From a virus (taxonomy: Duplodnaviria > Caudoviricetes), in IMG/VR virus record IMGVR_UViG_3300025679_000005: a DNA stretch of 64,000 nt; one strand, 5' to 3'. A program made the translations under genes and the position numbers. Under the pieces are notes generated by a model, which saw only the letters and a list, made by a program, of their open reading frames with translations, was not told the DNA's origin and made no database searches. Below, piece by piece: positions 10,665 through 19,047 of the stretch (its first letter is position 1; every line of letters starts with the position of its first letter).

Positions 10665-11269
10665 GAAAAATCCTCCTGATCCTGTTGACGCTATTTTTGG
10701 GCATCACGCCAATGGGGGCTCAGGCTCAGGAGTGTGCTCCTGGCAGCAAGTGTGTGTCCGCAGACGACCTAAACACTCTTCTCACAATAGCGAGAGAGAA
10801 GCAGTGCCTACTCAGCACCCAGCCTACCATCACGATGGATCCGGTCACACTGACTATCGATCGCCAGGGGCGCATCTTCTTCACAGGCTCGGCTCCGCAC
10901 CCATACTCATTGAAGATGTCTTGGTGCAATTACACCTTGGCCGCCCAAGGAAAAGTCACTGTTGTGGCTGCTGTCGAAGAGCCGCCGGACTGGGGTTTCC
11001 GATTTCGGCCGAAAGCCTACATGGGTGTTTTGCCCCTGGAGCCTTTCCACACGGGCAACAACGCAAGGAGCGCAGTGGATGCGGGCCTCATGCTCGACCC
11101 GCTGTACTACAAGTTCCTGAACCTCAACGTTCACGTAGGATTCCGAGCTGTGGGCGCTGGCATTGGAGTAGATCTGACTCGTAATTTTGGGGTGTATGCC
11201 GGCTACGCACTCACGTGGGACGGTTTCAGGCAGAATCCTGAAGCGGCACTCTGGTTTTCTTTCTTCTGA
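10661..11269 (+). CDS. Secreted protein with a probable C-terminal outer-membrane beta-barrel
   Basis: Signal peptide ending AQA; amphipathic Gly/aromatic strands in the C-terminal half; ends ALWFSFF; ATGA overlap. Confidence 0.5.
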   Translation: MRKILLILLTLFLGITPMGAQAQECAPGSKCVSADDLNTLLTIAREKQCLLSTQPTITMDPVTLTIDRQGRIFFTGSAPHPYSLKMSWCNYTLAAQGKVTVVAAVEEPPDWGFRFRPKAYMGVLPLEPFHTGNNARSAVDAGLMLDPLYYKFLNLNVHVGFRAVGAGIGVDLTRNFGVYAGYALTWDGFRQNPEAALWFSFF

Positions 11270-11289
11270 GCGCAGAAGAATAGGTTGAT

Positions 11290-11333
11290 TAGCTGTTCGT
11301 TGGGCTCTGTTGAGACACAGTCCCCAACAGCTA
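11290..11333. terminator. Stem-loop between the structural and replication modules
   Basis: TAGCTGTT/AACAGCTA inverted repeat with inner CTGT/ACAG pairing; no clear U-tract. Confidence 0.35.
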
Positions 11334-11397
11334 GTGATCACGAATCCAGCATTATTTCGCAGGGATCCTCTATTCGGCGGTGTAGATACCTGCACCG

Positions 11398-14300
11398 ATG
11401 CCCGACGATATCAAGCTCAGTCCCGAACAGCAGAAACTCTATGAGGAGCTGAAAGCCGTCCGTGCTCGCACAGATGTGAAGCTGCCGCCCTCTCCCATTC
11501 TTCGTCAGGAAATAGCAGGGCTGGACGGTGTGCTCCAGCCTTTCACCTTCCGCTATTACCAAGTACAGGGCATCTACCACATGCTTCGCCTGAAGCGTAT
11601 GGTGCTAGGGGACAGCACTGGCTTGGGCAAGTGTACGACCCTTGATACTAGGCTCATTACGGACAGGGGGCAGATCTCCTTGGCTGCTTTGAAGCCCGAA
11701 GGGGACCTAGTCGAGGGGTTCTATGACCTCCCTTTCCCTGTTAATGTTTGGACTGGCCTAGAAACTGCCCCTGTCCGTCGGTTCTATTGGGGCGGCATCA
11801 AGCCCACGGTTAGGGTGACTACTAGAAACGGATTCGTATTGGAGGGCAGCCGAGTACATCCTGTGCTCATAAGAAGTGCCACTGGAGAGGTGTTTTCCAA
11901 ACTACCTGCCCTCAATGAGGGGGACTTTGTTTGCATCGATCGCAATGAGGCGTACTTCCCAGAGACAGAACCAGAACTCAAAGCATTGGACAAGGAGGTC
12001 AGTCCTAACAGGGGGTTCAAGTACCCTGAGCGACTCACTCCGGACTTAGCTGCACTATTGGGTTGGCACATAGCTGAAGGTTGTAGACACCCAACATCCG
12101 TGAATGTGGCTCAGTACATCGACTCCAACCCTGAATGTCATGCGGAGATAGAGCGCCTGTTTCAAGTTGTGTTCGGGTGGTTCAACTTGAATAAAAGGGA
12201 CCTGGAGAAGGTTAACGTCTGCTCTCAGGACATACGTCGATTCCTGATTGGGTGTGGTTTAGCTGAAGTGCTGGCGGCTGGTAAAGAGGTCCCTGAGTGT
12301 GTCCTTAGGGGATCCAGGGAGTCCGTCCGTCGGTTTCTTAGTGCATACATGGAGGCCGAGGGGTCAGTGGCCTCTTGTGGGTTCGAGGTCAGCTCGGCTT
12401 CTGAGAAGCTGATTAAGCAGGTGCAAGGCCTACTGTTACGTTTTGGGGTGGTATCAACTAGGTCCCCAAAACACGTAAAAGGCTATGAGCACACCTATTG
12501 GCGCCTGTCCTTTTTTTCGAATGACGCCAGGACATTCCAGGAGAAGATCGGGCTGATCTCTACCCGAAAACGGGAGGCCTTCCGAGACACTCTACAGAAG
12601 GACTCAAATCCAAATAAGGATGTAATCCCTCACTCTATCGATCATGTGGGCGCCCTAAAAGCACTGCTACTTAAGGCTACTTCTAGGAGTGGGGCTAACG
12701 CTAATCGTAAGGGTTCTGGTATCAAGCAATTTGGACACTCTTTCCAATCCACTTTTACGCATATCCTAACGGGCGTCCGAGACCCAACTTATCAATGGCT
12801 GGACAAGCTCCTGGCTGTTGCTAGTGAGTTGGGCTTAGAAAAAGAGCCAGAATATCAAGAGGTGCAGAGGATTAGGTCCAACAACTACTTCTACGACCCT
12901 GTAGTCAAAATAGAACAGAGTGAAGCAGAGGTGGCTGACCTAGAGATTGAGCACCATTCCCACTGCTTCTCTGGGAACGGCTTCATCAATCACAATACGA
13001 TCGAGACAATTGGTACTCTTGCATACCTCTGGGAGAAGCGCCCAGAGACCAAGGTCATCGTCGTGGCCCCCAAGTCGGCTATCCGTCAGTGGTCTGATGA
13101 AATAGAACGCTTTACTAAGGGTGTGAAGGTCTACATCGCCACGGCCCCCAAAGAGAAGGGAGAGTCCCCCATTGAGGCGAGAGAACGCATCTACGAGGCT
13201 TGGGCTAACGCTCCCTCGGGGCCTAACGACCCGAAGGCAGTCCTCATTCTGAATTACGCCTTGTTGATCAGAGACTGGAATCACGGGGGTTTCCAGCCCC
13301 TAAAACCCAACGGGCAACCGGACCCGAAGGCCCCGGTTTTGCCAGGGTTGTTGGACAAAATAACCAAGAAGGTGGCCGAGAATCTGACTGTCATCTTCGA
13401 TGAAGCCACTGCTTTCAAGTCAATGCGAACGAAGACTTGGGAGGTCGTTCGCTTCCTCTCGGATCGATCGAACCGTGTCTATGCGTTGACAGCCACCCTT
13501 CTCAAGAACAACCTCATGGAGGGCTACTGCATCTACAAGGCCATCCTACCGACGCTCTTTGGAGCCAAGACGAAGTTCATGGAGGACTACACCTTCTATG
13601 AGTTGAAGTCCGTGGGTAGGGCCAAAGTGCCAGTAATCAAGGGGTACAAGAACCTGGACCACTTCAAGGCGGCCATCGACCTGTACTTCCTAGGTCGACA
13701 GAAGCACGTCGTGTCCAAGGAACTGCCTGTACTGACCACACGAGAAATAACCTGCGAGCTGAATGAAGCCGAGGTGCTCAAGTACCGTGAGGCTCTGACA
13801 GGGATTCTAGAACTAGGGGACGGCCAGGTCAAAGAGTTCGAGGAGACGAAGGCCCTCACGAGCCTCATCTACTGCCAACAGGTGGTCAACTCGCTCTCCC
13901 TCCTCAAGTTCAATGAGGGTGACGAAGTCGGCGGGTTCGACCTAGACCTGAAAGTCGCGAAAATAGGCAACCTTTGCAGTAAAGAGCAGGCCCTATTGGA
14001 CCTGCTCACCGAGGACTTGGAGGGTGACAAGGTCATCGTCTATACTCGTTTTGAAAGCCTCGTGGCGAGATTGCAGGAGATCCTCAAGAAGAATGGGATC
14101 AGGAGCGCTCGAATCACAGGCAAAGAGAAGGACACGGATCGCCAGAAGGCTAAGGCAGCCTTCCAAGACCTGAAGTCAGATGTCAAGGTCATCTTCATCA
14201 CAGCCGCTGGCAGCGAGGCCATCAACCTCCAAGCAGCCGCCGGCATGATTTTCTACGACCAGCCGTGGTCGTGGGGTGACTATGTCCAGTGTCTAGATAT

Positions 14301-15594
14301 GGACACTGAGGTCTTAACCAAAAGGGGGTTCTTGAAACGGGTCGAGATTGGAGTGGAGGATTCTGTGGCAGCCCTTGACCCTATCAGTTCAAGCATTACG
14401 TGGCAGCCAATCTTGTCACTGACAGATCGTGCCCTGGCTCCGGGAGAGTCGATGTATTCTATAAAAAACCAGCACATTGACATACGTGTAACAGGTGGTC
14501 ATCGCATGGTTTTCAAGAGAAAGACATCCAAAGATCATGAACCTGTTTGGCCCGATGAGTGGGAATTCGTTACCTGTGAAGAGCTGTCAAAAGAAAAGTC
14601 TGAATTCAGATTGCCAGTGAGTGGGCTGGAGGCCCTACCTACGACAGAAGCCCCCGTGACCGACTCAGAATTACGATTCATTGGCTGGTTTATGTCTGAT
14701 GGCACTTACAACAAGAAGATAGCGCAGATCCAGATTGTACAAGCTGAGCACCAACCCCAAATTCATGATTTGAGGGCCTGTCTACAAGAGTGTGGATTTG
14801 ATTGGAAGGAGTACCGCAGGGACCCCTCGAAGATCAAGGGGTGCTATCCTAACGGCAAACCTCAAATCCAATTTGCCATTCCTAAGGGTGTCGCAAAAGG
14901 GAGTCGGAAACGGAACGGCTGGAACCATTTGGCAGCATACCTGGATAAGGGCCTAGCCCCCATCATGGAGGATTTGAGCCCTAGGCAATTGGGTGTGTTT
15001 CTAGAGGCCCTCCATTTGGGGGATGGGGCAAAGAATTACGATTCGTCTTGGACACAAAGAACCTACCATATTTCTACAGGGTCTAAGGTATTTGCGAACA
15101 GACTTCAGAGTTTATGCCTGAGGCGCGGGTATCATTGCAATCTATATGAGCCTCGTGAGAGCACGACTATTATCCGTATCAAAGAGGTCACGCATCGAAG
15201 CTTGTCTGGAGGTAGGACAGCAGGCAGACCTAAGTTTGACGTTTCTCCCCATGTGGAGGGGGAGAGGGTGTGGTGTGTGGAGAATCCTGTGGGGACTTTA
15301 GTTACTCGTCGAAACGGGAAAGTAGCCATTGTAGGCAATTGTCTGGGTCGCATGATCCGCATCGGTTCGCCCCACACGGGTGTAATGGCCTACCACCTTC
15401 TGGCTGAACTGCCGGAAGTGGCCAAGAAAGACCGTAAGACCATAGACCATCACGTCCTGGGCATGCTCAGGAAAAAGAAAAACCTCATCGACAAGGTGTT
15501 GGGCGAAGCCGCTATCGGCGCCCTGGAATTCGACAGCGAAGGCTCTTCGTCGTTGAAAGACCTCGTCCGTGCAATGCAAGGAAAAGCAACGTAA
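11398..15594 (+). CDS. SNF2/Rad54-like SF2 helicase containing two inteins (about 593 aa after splicing)
   Basis: Motif I DSTGLGK|T, motif II variant IFDEAT, LTAT, AAGSEAINLQAA, motif VI Q|CLGRMIRIG. Confidence 0.9.
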   Translation: MPDDIKLSPEQQKLYEELKAVRARTDVKLPPSPILRQEIAGLDGVLQPFTFRYYQVQGIYHMLRLKRMVLGDSTGLGKCTTLDTRLITDRGQISLAALKPEGDLVEGFYDLPFPVNVWTGLETAPVRRFYWGGIKPTVRVTTRNGFVLEGSRVHPVLIRSATGEVFSKLPALNEGDFVCIDRNEAYFPETEPELKALDKEVSPNRGFKYPERLTPDLAALLGWHIAEGCRHPTSVNVAQYIDSNPECHAEIERLFQVVFGWFNLNKRDLEKVNVCSQDIRRFLIGCGLAEVLAAGKEVPECVLRGSRESVRRFLSAYMEAEGSVASCGFEVSSASEKLIKQVQGLLLRFGVVSTRSPKHVKGYEHTYWRLSFFSNDARTFQEKIGLISTRKREAFRDTLQKDSNPNKDVIPHSIDHVGALKALLLKATSRSGANANRKGSGIKQFGHSFQSTFTHILTGVRDPTYQWLDKLLAVASELGLEKEPEYQEVQRIRSNNYFYDPVVKIEQSEAEVADLEIEHHSHCFSGNGFINHNTIETIGTLAYLWEKRPETKVIVVAPKSAIRQWSDEIERFTKGVKVYIATAPKEKGESPIEARERIYEAWANAPSGPNDPKAVLILNYALLIRDWNHGGFQPLKPNGQPDPKAPVLPGLLDKITKKVAENLTVIFDEATAFKSMRTKTWEVVRFLSDRSNRVYALTATLLKNNLMEGYCIYKAILPTLFGAKTKFMEDYTFYELKSVGRAKVPVIKGYKNLDHFKAAIDLYFLGRQKHVVSKELPVLTTREITCELNEAEVLKYREALTGILELGDGQVKEFEETKALTSLIYCQQVVNSLSLLKFNEGDEVGGFDLDLKVAKIGNLCSKEQALLDLLTEDLEGDKVIVYTRFESLVARLQEILKKNGIRSARITGKEKDTDRQKAKAAFQDLKSDVKVIFITAAGSEAINLQAAAGMIFYDQPWSWGDYVQCLDMDTEVLTKRGFLKRVEIGVEDSVAALDPISSSITWQPILSLTDRALAPGESMYSIKNQHIDIRVTGGHRMVFKRKTSKDHEPVWPDEWEFVTCEELSKEKSEFRLPVSGLEALPTTEAPVTDSELRFIGWFMSDGTYNKKIAQIQIVQAEHQPQIHDLRACLQECGFDWKEYRRDPSKIKGCYPNGKPQIQFAIPKGVAKGSRKRNGWNHLAAYLDKGLAPIMEDLSPRQLGVFLEALHLGDGAKNYDSSWTQRTYHISTGSKVFANRLQSLCLRRGYHCNLYEPRESTTIIRIKEVTHRSLSGGRTAGRPKFDVSPHVEGERVWCVENPVGTLVTRRNGKVAIVGNCLGRMIRIGSPHTGVMAYHLLAELPEVAKKDRKTIDHHVLGMLRKKKNLIDKVLGEAAIGALEFDSEGSSSLKDLVRAMQGKAT
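11632..12996 (+). mobile_element. Intein 1 (455 aa) with LAGLIDADG homing endonuclease, inserted in Walker A
   Basis: Starts with C (CTTLDT), ends INHN followed by T; LAGLIDADG-like blocks LLGWHIAEG and FLSAYMEAEG. Confidence 0.92.
14290..15339 (+). mobile_element. Intein 2 (350 aa) with LAGLIDADG-like domain, inserted in helicase motif VI
   Basis: Starts CLDMDTEVLT, ends TRRNGKVAIVGN followed by C; blocks FIGWFMSDG and FLEALHLGDG. Confidence 0.9.
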
Positions 15595-16532
15595 TGTCTG
15601 AAACCTGTACCCGCTGCGGGTTCGATGTTGTGGAGGGCTGCATGCCCAACGGCACTATCAAAGATGCCGAAGACCGCATGCGTCACTGCCCCAACATGGC
15701 TCGTAAGCTGAAGATAGCCAACATCAGAGAACGTTTAGGCATCCTCTGTAAGGCTACATCAATCAAGACTAGCCCGCTATTCACGCCTTCAGTGAAAGAG
15801 GGGGCTCCATTGGTCGATTTAACCACTCAGAACCTCTTCATCCGAGGGGTGACCAAGAATGGGTTGCACCCACACCTCAAGCTAGCTCTGGCCGGCAAGA
15901 TGTGGACCAATCCAACCTATGCCTACAAGATAGTGGAAGACCATCGTCTGAAGGACGTGTATCTAGGTGGCGAGTCTTTCAGGAACCGTACCCCGACACA
16001 ACGGGAGCGTAATGAGACCACCAACATCATCTCTGACATAGTCGGGGAAGCCTTCGACCTAGTCATCATCATCTTGGGTACGCTGGGTTACAAGAACATC
16101 GCAGCTCCAGGCATCCTCAAAGAGGCTCTGATGGTTCGGGAGTCCTTGGGGAAAGCCACCTGGCTGTTTGAAAGCAAGGACCCTGCGATGCCCTGGAAAT
16201 TCTCCAAGGACTCGGACATCGAACTCTATGTCGAACGTTTTCGACCTATCCAATTGGAGTCTGACGATGACTCTAGTGACTGGTCCTACGAAGCGAACGG
16301 GATCTCAGTGGATGAGCACGAGCCTCAGCAGCCGGACCTGAATCCCGCTGCCCACGAGGTTGATGAGGAGCCCCCTCCTCCCAGCCCCAGGAAGCCTCAG
16401 CGTACGGCATCCAGAGAAATCTATAGAGACGAGCCTCCCTGGAAGCCCTCTGGTGGTGTGGTCGATGACCTGTCTGGTCCCGGTGGGGGCCCCGACGGCA
16501 ACCGTAAGAAGAAGTTCAAGGGGAAGTGGTAA
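15594..16532 (+). CDS. Degenerate DnaC/IstB-like helicase-loader homolog with an N-terminal Cys cluster
   Basis: CTRC...C...C at the N-terminus; NLFIRG and DLVIIILG lie where Walker A/B would be but lack GK[ST] and DD; directly upstream of the DnaB gene. Confidence 0.4.
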   Translation: MSETCTRCGFDVVEGCMPNGTIKDAEDRMRHCPNMARKLKIANIRERLGILCKATSIKTSPLFTPSVKEGAPLVDLTTQNLFIRGVTKNGLHPHLKLALAGKMWTNPTYAYKIVEDHRLKDVYLGGESFRNRTPTQRERNETTNIISDIVGEAFDLVIIILGTLGYKNIAAPGILKEALMVRESLGKATWLFESKDPAMPWKFSKDSDIELYVERFRPIQLESDDDSSDWSYEANGISVDEHEPQQPDLNPAAHEVDEEPPPPSPRKPQRTASREIYRDEPPWKPSGGVVDDLSGPGGGPDGNRKKKFKGKW

Positions 16533-17986
16533 TGTCTAGCCTACTACGTGGCATCATCGACTACGGAGACAAGAAGATCTCCGAAGAATCCATCACTCTC
16601 AATTTCAACACCATCAAAGCGGCGAAGTTCGAATGGCACAACCCAGACGAGCGCAAGATCTTTGAGTACATCCTTGCCTACCACCAGGAAAGCTTGGAGC
16701 CTCCGAGTGCTCTCACCATTCGAGACTACTTCAATCGAGCCGACGACTTGGCGGTCATTGAACGCATCAAAGACATTCACGCGGCGCCCATCTACCAGCG
16801 CTCGGACTACCGCAACCTACTCAAGGCAGAGCTAGAGAAGCAGCACCAGACCAAGTTCTTGGCTTTACTCAAGGATGTCGAGGGGATCGTCACTAAGGGC
16901 CTCATTGTCGAGAAAGAGACCCTCAAGGGGACAGCCGCTGGTTTGAAGTACTTGGAACAGAAGGCCTACGAACTACTGCCCTCCGACACCAATGCAGTAA
17001 CTAGGGGTGAGATCACTAGGGACGTTCAGGCAGAAAAAGACGCCTACAAGACCGCCAAGAACAACAAGTCCAAAGTCTACGGCTGTTTTACAGGCTTGGA
17101 TGACATTGACAAGGTGTGTCACGGTATCAAGAGGGGGGAGCTGTGGATTCATGCCGCAGAGCCCGGCAATCTCAAGACTGCCTTCGCTACCAACTGGGCT
17201 TACAATGGAGTTACCCGGTACAGATACAATACCTTGTACGTCAGTTTGGAGATGAAGTACGAGCATCTGCGGAAGATCATGTGCGCCATGCATACTTCCA
17301 ACGGTGCGTTCGCTAAGCAAGGCTACAATGCCTTGGATTACCGAAAAATCCGTGACGGAGAGCTGACCCCTGAAGAAGAAGTGTTCTACGACGCAGCTCT
17401 GAACGACCTGTCTACCAACCCCAACTACTGCCGTATGCATGTGTGGGTACCGGATCATGATGTGACGGTCAGGGATATTAGAGCGTACACCGAGCAGCTA
17501 CACAAGGAGCTAGAGATAGGTTTGGTCATCATCGACCAGGGCGAACTAGTCAAACCCCCGAAGAAGTACAACGACACGACCTCGGAGCAGAACGCCGTCA
17601 TTCGTGAGATGAAGCTCATGGCAATGCACTTCAACGGTGGCGAGGGGGTTCCGATCCTAGATCTTCACCAGATCAATCGTACGGGTATGACCAACAACGA
17701 GAAGAACAAGAAGACTCCCGAGGAACTGGGGCAGTACAAGTACAGGGACTTGTCCTACGCGAATCAGGCGGAGCGCAGTGCGGACTACATCACGACGACC
17801 TATGCTCCAAAGGAACTCATCGAGCAGGGCTACGCGATCATCGGAAACATGAAGAATCGCGACAACCAGAAGTTCGATGGTGGCCGCATTGGTGTGGACA
17901 TGTCCTGTCACAGACTTCGCAATTGGGATGCCCACGCTGCCGGCTTCGGGGCCGACATGTCTCAAGACGACTACTGTGGGGTATAA
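16532..17986 (+). CDS. dnaB: Replicative SF4 DnaB-like helicase
   Basis: FTGLDDIDKVCHGIKRGEL, Walker A variant AEPGNLKT, SLEM, VIIDQ, QINR, ERSAD; TAATG coupling. Confidence 0.85.
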   Translation: MSSLLRGIIDYGDKKISEESITLNFNTIKAAKFEWHNPDERKIFEYILAYHQESLEPPSALTIRDYFNRADDLAVIERIKDIHAAPIYQRSDYRNLLKAELEKQHQTKFLALLKDVEGIVTKGLIVEKETLKGTAAGLKYLEQKAYELLPSDTNAVTRGEITRDVQAEKDAYKTAKNNKSKVYGCFTGLDDIDKVCHGIKRGELWIHAAEPGNLKTAFATNWAYNGVTRYRYNTLYVSLEMKYEHLRKIMCAMHTSNGAFAKQGYNALDYRKIRDGELTPEEEVFYDAALNDLSTNPNYCRMHVWVPDHDVTVRDIRAYTEQLHKELEIGLVIIDQGELVKPPKKYNDTTSEQNAVIREMKLMAMHFNGGEGVPILDLHQINRTGMTNNEKNKKTPEELGQYKYRDLSYANQAERSADYITTTYAPKELIEQGYAIIGNMKNRDNQKFDGGRIGVDMSCHRLRNWDAHAAGFGADMSQDDYCGV

Positions 17987-18600
17987 TGGCCAATAACGAG
18001 GAGATGATCAAGGCGTGGTACGCAATGCGGCGGGCCACGATCCACGAGCAGATCACGGCTCACGACATTCTACGCATGAATGGGGTTACGTTCCGGCACA
18101 CTTCGGATCGGGAGGAGCAGTTCTCCTGCCCGTTCCACGGTAAGGACGCCAAGCCTTCCGCCCGTGTGTACCCCGCCAAAGCGGACAGCCGATCACACGT
18201 TTGGTGCTACGTGTGCCAGAAGAGCTGGGATGCCATTTCCCTGTGGAAGAAGTACTCAGGGGACGAGAATGGGCATCATCGTATCCTTACGGAGATGGAG
18301 AAGCATCTAGGTATCACACCTCCTAAGGTTCCCGAGGGCACTCACGATCTCCCACAGGTGGATACTAGGGCCAAGGACCTGTTCACGACTTTGCTGGACC
18401 TTTGCGAGCATCGTTTGAGGACAGCTAGGGACAGCTACTTTTCCCAGGAGGACATGGCGGGCTTCCTAATAGCCGGCTCCATCTTGGATAAGCTGACTTT
18501 TCGAATCGCGGAGGGTAAGCTCGCTTATGAGAAGGCCAACGAGCTACTCAAGCAACTGATCGACAAGATCGGCGATAGGATTCGTGGCGAGGCACATTAA
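17986..18600 (+). CDS. Stand-alone CHC2 primase-type zinc-finger protein
   Basis: FSCPFHGKDAKPS...WCYVC; no TOPRIM domain in 204 aa; start at the TAATG overlap. Confidence 0.75.
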   Translation: MANNEEMIKAWYAMRRATIHEQITAHDILRMNGVTFRHTSDREEQFSCPFHGKDAKPSARVYPAKADSRSHVWCYVCQKSWDAISLWKKYSGDENGHHRILTEMEKHLGITPPKVPEGTHDLPQVDTRAKDLFTTLLDLCEHRLRTARDSYFSQEDMAGFLIAGSILDKLTFRIAEGKLAYEKANELLKQLIDKIGDRIRGEAH

Positions 18601-19009
18601 GCTCCCCACCCGTGAGATGGGTGAAGTACGTCTGCTGTTGATACAGCAAGAGGCGGGCGGCACCTGGGAGGACGAGTGGGAACTTCTACGGGAGACTCCC
18701 TTCGGCACCCAATTCAGCGTCATTTCCAAAGAGGTCTTAGACCATGCCTTGCATCGGTGGTCTAAGCCGCTGGTCGATGCCCTAGGAATTCCTCCGGCGG
18801 GCGCACTCAAGAAGATTCCGAAAGTATCCAGAGAGTGTATCAAACGCAGTCATTGCATCCAGTACGAAGCGAAGAATTGTTTCCCAGAGGCTAAGGCAAT
18901 GCCCTGGTGCTACGAGCCCGACGGTGTAAATGACGAAACGGTTCGTCAGACGGCTACTAGAGCCATTCAAGAGTGGCGTGACGGTGTGCATTTGGTCGTG
19001 ATTCAGTAG
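18584..19009 (+). CDS. Hypothetical protein with a Cys cluster
   Basis: 141-aa ORF overlapping the previous stop, within the operon. Confidence 0.55.
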   Translation: MARHIKLPTREMGEVRLLLIQQEAGGTWEDEWELLRETPFGTQFSVISKEVLDHALHRWSKPLVDALGIPPAGALKKIPKVSRECIKRSHCIQYEAKNCFPEAKAMPWCYEPDGVNDETVRQTATRAIQEWRDGVHLVVIQ

Positions 19010-19047
19010 TTGTGAACCCCTCTCTTTCCTGATTCCGAAGGACGCAT

